Below the pieces are notes generated by a model that did not search any database, had not been told where the DNA came from, and saw only the letters and a program-made list of their open reading frames with translations. 54,530 bases of DNA from a virus (taxonomy: Duplodnaviria > Caudoviricetes), in the IMG/VR virus record IMGVR_UViG_3300012943_000039, positions 1-54,530 of that record. One strand, 5' to 3'. Below, one piece after another: positions 27,524 through 35,660 of this stretch; the first letter of the stretch is position 1; each line of letters opens with the position of its first letter. A program made the position numbers and the translations under genes.

Positions 27524-28181
27524 AGGACTATACGTCGTCCGCGACGACTTGATCTCAGGCGGTACGAAGCGACGTGCGATACCGGTATTCTTCGACGAGC
27601 ATGAAGAATACGTCTACGCAAGTCCTGTCTTCGGCGCCGCTCAGATCGCGTTGGGCCATACTGCGCGCGAACACGGCAAGCGCGCCACGATCTTCTGTGC
27701 GAAGCGTAGCGTATGGGCGCCGATGACTCGCGCTGCAGCTGACGCCGGCGCGAAGATTATTGAAGTCGATTTCGGCATGTTGAGCAACGTCACGGCTCGC
27801 GCTCGCGACTACTGCGCGCAGAGCGGCGCGAAGCTCCTGCCGTTCGGGCTCGACGCTGAAGAGTTCATCGAAGCACTCGCGAACGTCGCGCGAGCGATGG
27901 AGATCGAGCCTGAAGAAGTCTGGAGCATCACGAGTAGCGGTACGCTGACTCGCGCGCTGCAGCGAGCCTGGCCGTCCGCGCGCTTTCATGGCGTCGTCGT
28001 CGGTCATCATCCTGGCGCAGGTGCGGGCACTGCTGAACTCCATTTTGCTCCAGAAAAGTTTGACAAGGCGGCGCGTTTCCCGCCGCCGTTCCCGTCGATG
28101 CCTCAGTTCGATGCCAAGGCATGGCAGTTCGTGAAAGAACACGCGACACCTGGTGCGCTGTTCTGGAATGTGAGTGCGTGA
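27492..28181 (+). CDS. PLP-dependent enzyme, fold type II (ACC deaminase / D-cysteine desulfhydrase-like)
   Basis: VVRDDLISGGTKRR (Schiff-base Lys), SITSSGT phosphate-binding loop, FDAKAW and LFWNV motifs. Confidence 0.8.
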   Translation: MLPAPVIEHIEGLYVVRDDLISGGTKRRAIPVFFDEHEEYVYASPVFGAAQIALGHTAREHGKRATIFCAKRSVWAPMTRAAADAGAKIIEVDFGMLSNVTARARDYCAQSGAKLLPFGLDAEEFIEALANVARAMEIEPEEVWSITSSGTLTRALQRAWPSARFHGVVVGHHPGAGAGTAELHFAPEKFDKAARFPPPFPSMPQFDAKAWQFVKEHATPGALFWNVSA

Positions 28182-29116
28182 TGTCCAATCAAATCGGGTG
28201 CGTCTATTTCATCGGTAGCCCGTGCGGAGGATTCATCAAGATTGGTTATTCTGATGATAACGTGCCGCAGTCGCGCTATAAGTCGCATCGCAAAAAGGGT
28301 GACGCTAATGGCGCGATACACGTTCAGCTGACGACGGCTCTTTGCCACGTCGCTGGAATCTTCAAAGAGGAGCAATCGATACATCGGTACTTCGATCATC
28401 TCAGAGTGCCTGAGTTGAAAGAGACGTTCCGCGCCGATCCTGAATTACTCCGTTACATCGTGTGGCTCAGATCACAATGGCACGCTCGACGAGATCAGGC
28501 CGGCACAGATGTCCCTGACGTCGAGCGTTTTGAGAAGTGGGGACCGACTCCAGATCGCTGCAGTCATGAGTATTTCATTGATCGCGATCTGTTGAGTGAT
28601 GACGTATGGGGACTGCCTACCCCTACGAAACGACCGGCGAAAGAAGGATGGATTCCTCCTGCGCAATATATCGAAGTCGCAACGAAGACTTTCGGAGTAA
28701 TCGATCTTGACCCAGACTCGTTCGCTGCTCGTAATCGAGAGATCGCAGCAACGAACTATTACGATTGCGGATTGCGCTGTCTGCAGATGCCTTGGTACGG
28801 CAAAGTCTGGATGTATCCAACGTCGAACCACGAGCAGATGCTAGATCACGCTGTCTTGCAACTTGACAGCAACGTCAAAGAATTGATCGTTCTCCTCGAC
28901 GTCGATAAGTTCAACGCTCAATACATGTACCGCATTATGCGTAGAGTAGACCGCATGTGCGTCATATGGGCGAAGGTTGAATGGCCAGGTCGTCCTGAAA
29001 ACAAAAAGGACGGCGTGAGCCCGCGTCACGGATATTTCTTGCTGTATTTCGGCGCTAACGCTGAACTGTTTGACAGACATGCGTCAGTCATCGGTACGGT
29101 ATGGAAACCGTCATGA
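28181..29116 (+). CDS. GIY-YIG (T5orf172-like) domain fused to a degenerate phage Dam-like methyltransferase domain
   Basis: N-terminal GCVYFI...IKIGYS...E.SIHRYF..LRV...ETF; C-terminal WIPP...IDLDPDS...PWYGKVWMYPTS (NPPY replaced)...LLYFG. Confidence 0.65.
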   Translation: MSNQIGCVYFIGSPCGGFIKIGYSDDNVPQSRYKSHRKKGDANGAIHVQLTTALCHVAGIFKEEQSIHRYFDHLRVPELKETFRADPELLRYIVWLRSQWHARRDQAGTDVPDVERFEKWGPTPDRCSHEYFIDRDLLSDDVWGLPTPTKRPAKEGWIPPAQYIEVATKTFGVIDLDPDSFAARNREIAATNYYDCGLRCLQMPWYGKVWMYPTSNHEQMLDHAVLQLDSNVKELIVLLDVDKFNAQYMYRIMRRVDRMCVIWAKVEWPGRPENKKDGVSPRHGYFLLYFGANAELFDRHASVIGTVWKPS

Positions 29117-29385
29117 CCTGCCCTGAATGCAACGGCCGCGGCATCTCGTATGTCGACGAGCGCACAGGCGAACACGACCATATGAACGCGCACTTGTGCG
29201 GTAAGTGTTCAGGCACAGGACGCGTGCCGAGCTTGCTGCTCGACTCAGACCCGGTCGTCTGCAATCGCTGTCACGTCATCGTCAATCCGAATGGCGACAA
29301 GCGTAGTCACGAACTCGCAGAGACGACGACGCACAACGACGCGAAGAGAACCTTTCTCGTCATCAAATGCCCGCAGGACAAATAA
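29113..29385 (+). CDS. Small Zn-finger protein (CxxCxGxG repeats)
   Basis: CPECNGRG...CGKCSGTG...CNRC. Confidence 0.6.
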   Translation: MTCPECNGRGISYVDERTGEHDHMNAHLCGKCSGTGRVPSLLLDSDPVVCNRCHVIVNPNGDKRSHELAETTTHNDAKRTFLVIKCPQDK

Positions 29386-29387
29386 CG

Positions 29388-29702
29388 ATGAATAAACGTC
29401 GGACAGAACTCTACCGCGCAGCTGCCGTGCGATTTGCGCAAGGTCAGAAAGAACAAGTCAGCGTCGAGAATCACGCCAGCGTCCATCCGATGACGGATGG
29501 CGCGTTCGTCGAGTTGACGCTATTCGTGCCGTTCCGGGAGATCTTGGGAGATCTCATCCGTCGAGCGTCACAAGACGTCATCTGCGACACGTGCAAGAAG
29601 CCTTACGGCGAACACAAGATGTTGACTGACGCCGAATACCTCAGTCACGATCAACAGCCGTACCTCCACGAACTCTGTAACGGAGATATCGTCAAGCTGT
29701 GA
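29388..29702 (+). CDS. Hypothetical protein
   Basis: RASQDVICDTCKKPYGEH...LHELCNGDIVKL; GTGA overlap with the polymerase gene. Confidence 0.6.
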   Translation: MNKRRTELYRAAAVRFAQGQKEQVSVENHASVHPMTDGAFVELTLFVPFREILGDLIRRASQDVICDTCKKPYGEHKMLTDAEYLSHDQQPYLHELCNGDIVKL

Positions 29703-32700
29703 CCGATATCATCAATCTCAACACTGACGTCAATCTGTTTGGCGACGAGATCACAGACGCGCCAAGCATCGACAGGGAGCCTCTAGCGGCCGCGCTCTAT
29801 GCGCAGCTGAAGGGCGTTTCTCTGCAAGAGTTCGTGTCTTACTTCACGAACGGCTTTGAAGCCGTCGTCGATTACGCGAACCTTGTTGCAGGCGAGAAGA
29901 CAGGACAGCGTATCTCGCTGCTGTTCAATCCGCATCGACTCGACACAGGTACGAAGCGATTCCCGATCAGCTTGTATCAGGCGTTGAAGGATGAGAAGTT
30001 CGTCCGTGGGCTTGCGCGCGTCGTGTTGCTGAACAAGAAGAAAGGCAACACGAAAGATCTCCTGTATGCGTCTGTCGGCATGGGAGTGCAAGGCACGTCA
30101 TACGTGCAAGAGTTCCCGCCGCACGTCGCACGCGATCTCGCGCTTGAATACGGACTGACGAAGAACTGCCACGTTTTGGACCCGTGCGCCGGTTGGGGCG
30201 GACGTATGCTCGGATTCAGCGCGGTCGTCAATCACTACACGTGTTGCGAGCCGAGCACTCGGACGGCTGCAGGGCTCCGCAAGATTCACGACTTCATCAG
30301 GTCATTCCGCAGTTCGTTTCACGCGACGATCAATGAAGCGCCGTTCGAAGACGTCACGCTGCCGTCAGAGGCATTCGACTTCGCGATGACCAGTCCGCCT
30401 TACTACGATACTGAGTGGTACGCGCCTGGCGAGAAGACGAGCAGCGGCAATCGCTATCCGACTTTCGAGGCGTGGTGCGAGGGCTTTTACGCGCCGCTGA
30501 TTCATCGCACGATGGCGGCGCTCAAGCCCGGCGCTGTCTTCGTAATCAACATCGGCAGTCGTCTTTACCCGTTGAATGATCGTCTGTTCGCGATCTGCAA
30601 AGACAAGTACCACGTTCAGAAACAACAAGGCAGACTGAGCGCGAGTAACGGTCTCGGCAAGACGGGCGAGGGCGAAACGTTCTATGAAGTGCGCAAGTCG
30701 GGAACCTACGTGCTCCCTGAAGAGACGAGCGAGGCGGGCCCTGCTGACATGCCGGCTGCTCAGTCGCTCGCAGCTGAAGAGCAGACAGAAGCAGTCGACT
30801 CGTCGACTGACATCGACTTCCCGCCCGTCCTAGACGAGACTGAGCCGTCAGAAGAGCCCGTCAAGGTACCGACACCGGCGGTTACAATTCCGTCAGCCAT
30901 GGACTTCGCCATGGCGCCGCGCTCGCTCGCTGAGCAGCTGAGCGAGACTGCGCCCGCACCTGTCGTCGAGGCGGCGCCTGTCGTCGAGCAGACGGCAATC
31001 AAGCTGACGCCTCATGAAGTCGTCGAGCGTCTACGCGCGACCGATCATCTGCTGTTCGATAGACGCGGCAAGCTCGTCGTCACGCACGGCAGCACACTGA
31101 CTGACGAAGAACGCGAGTTGATTAAAGAGCACAAGCCCGCGTTGCTCGTCATCGTGCCGCCGTTCCCGGAACCTGAGGCGACGCCCGCACAGTCGCTCGT
31201 TCAGTTCTTAGGCGAGCAGCGACGTCCTGAACCTGAATGGAAGCCCGAAGCACCGCCAATCCTGGATGGCATCAATGAGATTGAAATGGACTTCGAATCG
31301 GACGGCAAAGACTGGGCCGCAGGTGATCGTCCGATTGGTGTGGCGCTTCGTTGGCGCGAACCGGGCGCGCAGTTTGCGCGCACGAAGTATTTTCCCTGGG
31401 GACATATCGGGTCTCCTGACAACCTCGACGAGAATGTCATGCGTCGATGGTTCGAAGAGCAAGTCAAAGGTAAGCGCATCACAAACGCTTACACGGGTTT
31501 TGAAGTTCACATGGCGAGGGAATGGGGTGTCGATCTTGTTGAGCGTGGTAACACGTTCAGCGACGTCATGCACTACGCCGCTCTTCTCGACGATCATCGT
31601 AAGCGATTCGCGCTGAACGAACTCTGTAAGGACTTCCTCAATCGCGAGAAAGAGGGAATGGATCTCGACCCGCGACGTATGGCGCATTACACGCCGTATG
31701 AAGTCGCGATACGCGCTGAAGGTGACGTCGACTCTGTTGGCGAACTGCGCGCTGTCATGTGGCCTCAGATTGAAGCTGAAGGCCTCCAAGCTGTCAGCAG
31801 ACTTGAAGACGAGATTATTCCAGTCGTCTGCGAGATGGAGAAGAACGGCGCGCCTATCAACGAAGAACTCCTAGCGACGATGACGCGCGACTTGCAAGCG
31901 CATTACGAGTCGCTGATCCGTGAAGTCTCGCACGAAGCCGGCTTCAACTTCGATGACACGGACGCCGCTTGGCAACGACTCTTCGAACGCTTCAATCTGC
32001 CACTCGTTCGCACGAAGGGCAAGAACGGCGAGCAGGGCAAGATCTCGTTCAAGGACGCGATACTCGCACGCATCGAACATCCGACGATCAAGAAAGCGCG
32101 ATTTGCCGCGCAGCTTGACTCGTTGAACAGCAAAGTATTCAAGCCGTATCCGTCGCTCATTCGTAACGGCGTGCTTCGATTTCAGCTTCATCAGCTGCGC
32201 ATCGACGACGATCAGGGCAAACGCGGCACTGTGTCAGGGCGTTTCTCTGCGCCCTACATTCAGCAGGTGCCGAATCACTACAACCACGCTGAGATCTTCG
32301 GAGAGAAGTATTTCCCGCGCGAACTCTACATCCCGGGGTCCGGTCTGTTCCTCGCCGGCGATGCGATGCAAATCGAATACCGCATCTTTGCTGACAAGGC
32401 GAAGAATGCGCGCGTGTTAGAAGCGTATCGAAAAGATCCGGCGATGAGCTTTCACAAGTTCATGTTCGGCATCATCTCGCCATTCAAGCCTGACTTGCTC
32501 TATACCGGGATGAAGAACTTCAACTTCATGCGCATGTATGGCGGCGGACTCGTCAAGACCGCCGTGATGATGAACTTCATCACAGAAGAAGAGGGCGACG
32601 AGATCACGGCAGCTGAGTCGCAGCGCACAGACCCGCGGCTGACGCAAGCGCGAGAGATCGACGCGATTTACGCGCGTGAGATGCCCGAAGTCAAGCCGCT

Positions 32701-33103
32701 GCTCAAGCGTGCCATGCACATTGGGCACCCGCCCGAGTGCGACAAGTTCTGCCGACTTGGCGACGAGTTGCACCAGAAATACAAACATCGCGGATACGTC
32801 AAGACTGCGCTCGGACGTCGCAGCCGTTTCCCGACGACATTCAAACTTCACAAGGCGTTGAACACGGTCATTCAAGGTACGGCAGCTGACATCATGAAAT
32901 CGAAATTAGTCGACCTTTACAAGCAGCGTAAAGAAGTCGGCTTCACGATGCGAATGACCATCCACGATGAAATCTGCGGCGACGTCCCCGACAAAGACGC
33001 AGCTGAGCGCGTCAGTAAGCTGCTGAACGAGCAGACGTCAGGACTTGAAGTGCCGATCTTGTGGGAAGTCGGCACAGGCGCGAACTGGGCTGAGGCAAAG
33101 TAA
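29699..33103 (+). CDS. DNA amino-methyltransferase / family A DNA polymerase fusion (1134 aa)
   Basis: MTase motifs LDPCAGWGGR and TSPPYY; acidic Pro-rich linker; exonuclease DFESD; polymerase GTVSGRFS, DAMQIEYR (A), KNFNFMRMYG (B), NTVIQGTAAD, TIHDE (C). Confidence 0.9.
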   Translation: MTDIINLNTDVNLFGDEITDAPSIDREPLAAALYAQLKGVSLQEFVSYFTNGFEAVVDYANLVAGEKTGQRISLLFNPHRLDTGTKRFPISLYQALKDEKFVRGLARVVLLNKKKGNTKDLLYASVGMGVQGTSYVQEFPPHVARDLALEYGLTKNCHVLDPCAGWGGRMLGFSAVVNHYTCCEPSTRTAAGLRKIHDFIRSFRSSFHATINEAPFEDVTLPSEAFDFAMTSPPYYDTEWYAPGEKTSSGNRYPTFEAWCEGFYAPLIHRTMAALKPGAVFVINIGSRLYPLNDRLFAICKDKYHVQKQQGRLSASNGLGKTGEGETFYEVRKSGTYVLPEETSEAGPADMPAAQSLAAEEQTEAVDSSTDIDFPPVLDETEPSEEPVKVPTPAVTIPSAMDFAMAPRSLAEQLSETAPAPVVEAAPVVEQTAIKLTPHEVVERLRATDHLLFDRRGKLVVTHGSTLTDEERELIKEHKPALLVIVPPFPEPEATPAQSLVQFLGEQRRPEPEWKPEAPPILDGINEIEMDFESDGKDWAAGDRPIGVALRWREPGAQFARTKYFPWGHIGSPDNLDENVMRRWFEEQVKGKRITNAYTGFEVHMAREWGVDLVERGNTFSDVMHYAALLDDHRKRFALNELCKDFLNREKEGMDLDPRRMAHYTPYEVAIRAEGDVDSVGELRAVMWPQIEAEGLQAVSRLEDEIIPVVCEMEKNGAPINEELLATMTRDLQAHYESLIREVSHEAGFNFDDTDAAWQRLFERFNLPLVRTKGKNGEQGKISFKDAILARIEHPTIKKARFAAQLDSLNSKVFKPYPSLIRNGVLRFQLHQLRIDDDQGKRGTVSGRFSAPYIQQVPNHYNHAEIFGEKYFPRELYIPGSGLFLAGDAMQIEYRIFADKAKNARVLEAYRKDPAMSFHKFMFGIISPFKPDLLYTGMKNFNFMRMYGGGLVKTAVMMNFITEEEGDEITAAESQRTDPRLTQAREIDAIYAREMPEVKPLLKRAMHIGHPPECDKFCRLGDELHQKYKHRGYVKTALGRRSRFPTTFKLHKALNTVIQGTAADIMKSKLVDLYKQRKEVGFTMRMTIHDEICGDVPDKDAAERVSKLLNEQTSGLEVPILWEVGTGANWAEAK

Positions 33104-33189
33104 TGACACCAATTCACTACGCGTATATTGTCGGCATCGCAATCGGGTTTTTCGCCGGCTGGCTGTCACATAAGATGTTCGGGAGGTGA
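33103..33189 (+). CDS. Small membrane peptide (28 aa)
   Basis: TAATG coupling; MTPIHYAYIVGIAIGFFAGWLSHKMFGR. Confidence 0.45.
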   Translation: MTPIHYAYIVGIAIGFFAGWLSHKMFGR

Positions 33190-33193
33190 CGCG

Positions 33194-33631
33194 TTGGGAA
33201 TAACGCGGGTTCAGAAGCGTGAAGCACAGCTAAAGCTCCATCTGTTTCACGAGATCAGTCTTTACGGGAAGACGCTTGAAGTGACGTCGATTCAAGACGT
33301 GCGGAAGCCCGGTACGCCTGACTTCACGCTGAGCGGACACGGCAAGACGCACTGGTGGGAGTTGAAGCACGGTACGCCGAATTTCACGACGTATGAACTG
33401 CAAGAGATCAAGTGCTGTCGACTCGCGCGAACGAGCTTCTGTCGGTACTTGATTTACGTCGATGAACCAGGCAAGCGATACGCGCTCGTGCTTCATCCTC
33501 AGCTTGTTTTCGAGAAAGGCGGCAAGCTCGCAGACATCGACGTATCTCAAGCTGACTACCGAGTCGACGATCACAACCACGGGTTACTGGCGCATTACAT
33601 GAGGACTCTGCTCCATGAACATATCGATTAG
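33194..33631 (+). CDS. PD-(D/E)xK nuclease (VRR-NUC / Holliday junction resolvase-like)
   Basis: PGTPD...WWELK...Q motif; TTG start after GGAGG. Confidence 0.7.
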   Translation: MGITRVQKREAQLKLHLFHEISLYGKTLEVTSIQDVRKPGTPDFTLSGHGKTHWWELKHGTPNFTTYELQEIKCCRLARTSFCRYLIYVDEPGKRYALVLHPQLVFEKGGKLADIDVSQADYRVDDHNHGLLAHYMRTLLHEHID

Positions 33632-34688
33632 CGCGTCCGGTCTTGCCGCCGCGCTGCGCTCGCTTGAGAAAGTCACGCCCGCAAAAGCGGTGCTGCCGAT
33701 CTTGTCGCACGTGCTGATTGATGGCAGCGACGGTCAAGCTACGCTTTCGTGTACCGATACGGAACTGAGCTTGACTCGCACGCTGAATGCGCAGATCGAA
33801 AAGGTCGGACGTGTCGCGCTGCCTGCTAAGCCGCTGCTCGATATCGTCTCGCAGATCACTGAACCTGACGTTCATATCATCGTCGAGAAGAACGCCGCGC
33901 GCATCGCTGCAGGTCAGTTCAAGTTGCGTATGCAAGCGATGTCAGCTGACGAGTTCCCGAATATCGTCACGCACGCTGACAAGGGCGTGTTGCTGAACGG
34001 CGCGACGTTTCGCAGCCTCATTCGTCGCGTGCGTCCATGTATCAGCGCGACAGAGAAGCGGTACAACATCGCAGGCGCGCTGCTCGTCATGTCAGACAAA
34101 GTGACGGCTGTCGTCACGACTGACGGCAAGCGTCTCGCGATCTCGACTCAGCCCGCAGTCGGCGCAGTTGAGCAGTCAATCATCCTGCCAACGCGTTTGA
34201 TTGACACGCTCATTCAAGACGACGCAGAGGATTACTCGTTCTCTGTCAGCGACAACCATATCTTCTTCGCTTCGGAGCAAGCGATCTTGTCATCGCGGAT
34301 GCTCAGTGAAGACAAGTTCCCAAACTATCAGCGCATCATTCCGCAAGACAACAAGAACATCGTCACGATTCAGCGCGACTTGTTTCTTGCTGCGTTGAAG
34401 CGCGTATCGCTCGTCGCGAACGAGGGACGCGGCATCACCTACAACGTCGCCGGCACAGTCATGACGATGCAAGCGCGCAGCGTCGAGCTTGGCGAAGCGA
34501 CTGAGAATCTCGCCGTCACGTATACCGGTGAGCCGACACAGGTGACGTTGCACGCGACAGCCGTCACGGATTTTCTGGAAGCGGCTCGGAACCCGTCAAT
34601 CACCATCGCGATTGGCGGGCCTAACGCAGCTGTGCTCTTCAACGATGGCGCTGACTTCTTGACAGTCGCCATGTCGATGCGAGCATGA
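33615..34688 (+). CDS. dnaN: DNA polymerase III beta sliding clamp
   Basis: 357 aa; PILSHVLI, TDTELS, ADEFP, TTDGKRLA, FPNYQRIIP, ALKRVS motifs. Confidence 0.92.
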   Translation: MNISISASGLAAALRSLEKVTPAKAVLPILSHVLIDGSDGQATLSCTDTELSLTRTLNAQIEKVGRVALPAKPLLDIVSQITEPDVHIIVEKNAARIAAGQFKLRMQAMSADEFPNIVTHADKGVLLNGATFRSLIRRVRPCISATEKRYNIAGALLVMSDKVTAVVTTDGKRLAISTQPAVGAVEQSIILPTRLIDTLIQDDAEDYSFSVSDNHIFFASEQAILSSRMLSEDKFPNYQRIIPQDNKNIVTIQRDLFLAALKRVSLVANEGRGITYNVAGTVMTMQARSVELGEATENLAVTYTGEPTQVTLHATAVTDFLEAARNPSITIAIGGPNAAVLFNDGADFLTVAMSMRA

Positions 34689-35215
34689 GCGAGCGTTACC
34701 GAGTGATGACGGCCGATATCCCGTGGCCGTTTAGAGACGCGCTGCCTGGTGAAGGTCGAGGCGCGGTGAAGCATTACGACCTGATGACGATGCGAGACAT
34801 CAGGAGCTTCCCGCTACCGCCGATGTTCAACGACAGTATTCTGTTCTTGTGGCGTGTCGCGTCGATGCAACAAGAGGCGCTTGACGTGCTCGACGCGTGG
34901 GATTTTGAACTCAAGAGCGAGATCGTCTGGAAGAAGACGACGCGCAACGGCAAGCGCGCGTTCGGCATGGGCCGTATCGTGCGCGCTGAACATGAGACGT
35001 GTCTCATTGCGACGAGCGGCCGACCAGATATCAAGACTCATAGCGTGCGCTCGATATTCGAGGCGCCTGTGGGACGTCACTCAGAGAAGCCGGAAGAGTT
35101 TTATCGAATTGTCGAGTCGTTGAGCGCAGGACCTTACGTCGAGTTGTTCGCACGTAGACAGCGCGCCGGCTGGACATGTCTCGGGAAGGAAGCACATGGC
35201 GAAGTCCGCACGTGA
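34685..35215 (+). CDS. MT-A70 family adenine methyltransferase
   Basis: ADIPW (DPPW variant), LFLW, GMG...R..HE.CL, HSEKPEEFY, ELFAR...GW. Confidence 0.88.
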   Translation: MSERYRVMTADIPWPFRDALPGEGRGAVKHYDLMTMRDIRSFPLPPMFNDSILFLWRVASMQQEALDVLDAWDFELKSEIVWKKTTRNGKRAFGMGRIVRAEHETCLIATSGRPDIKTHSVRSIFEAPVGRHSEKPEEFYRIVESLSAGPYVELFARRQRAGWTCLGKEAHGEVRT

Positions 35216-35495
35216 CCTGAAGATTGCGCAGCTGTATAAGACAGGCAAGACGCAAGAAGAGCTTGCCGTCATGTTCTCTGTCACACAGCAGCGCATCAAT
35301 CAGATTCTCCGGTCGCAGGGTGTCTCGTTTCACGACAGCCCGCACGCGCCGCGCGGCGACCGTTACGCGTTCATTGGCGCGAACGTGACGCACGATCTCA
35401 AGCGACGTGTCAACAACTACGCGAAGCGTAACAAAAAGTCGCTGTCGCTCGTTGTCGAAGAGTCGCTGGAGAAGACAGTCGCGAAGGAGAAGTAA
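35196..35495 (+). CDS. HTH plus ribbon-helix-helix transcriptional regulator
   Basis: TQEELAVMFSVTQQRINQIL (HTH) and KSLSLVVEESL (RHH). Confidence 0.75.
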   Translation: MAKSARDLKIAQLYKTGKTQEELAVMFSVTQQRINQILRSQGVSFHDSPHAPRGDRYAFIGANVTHDLKRRVNNYAKRNKKSLSLVVEESLEKTVAKEK

Positions 35496-35641
35496 TGGAT
35501 AAGATGCGTCTGACAATCGTCGTCGAGTTCCCTAACGGACTGTCTGACCGTGCTCAGCAGGACGTCAAGCAAGAGATTCAAGATCTCAAAGAGCGTCTGT
35601 ATCTCGGCACAATCGTCAAAGCCGAGCTTGTCAAGGTGTAG
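35495..35641 (+). CDS. Hypothetical protein (48 aa)
   Basis: AAGGAG RBS and TAATG coupling. Confidence 0.5.
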   Translation: MDKMRLTIVVEFPNGLSDRAQQDVKQEIQDLKERLYLGTIVKAELVKV

Positions 35642-35660
35642 TCAACGAAGGAGTATCCCA

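Noticed and set aside
30700-31280. Intein or intron explaining the long polymerase
   Set aside because: No intein splice motifs (C/S start, HN-C/S/T end) or LAGLIDADG blocks; the segment is a low-complexity linker plus a small helical module.
29699-33103. DpoZ / 2-aminoadenine (Z-genome) system
   Set aside because: MazG-like and Pol A genes are present, but no PurZ (adenylosuccinate synthetase-like) or DatZ gene was found.
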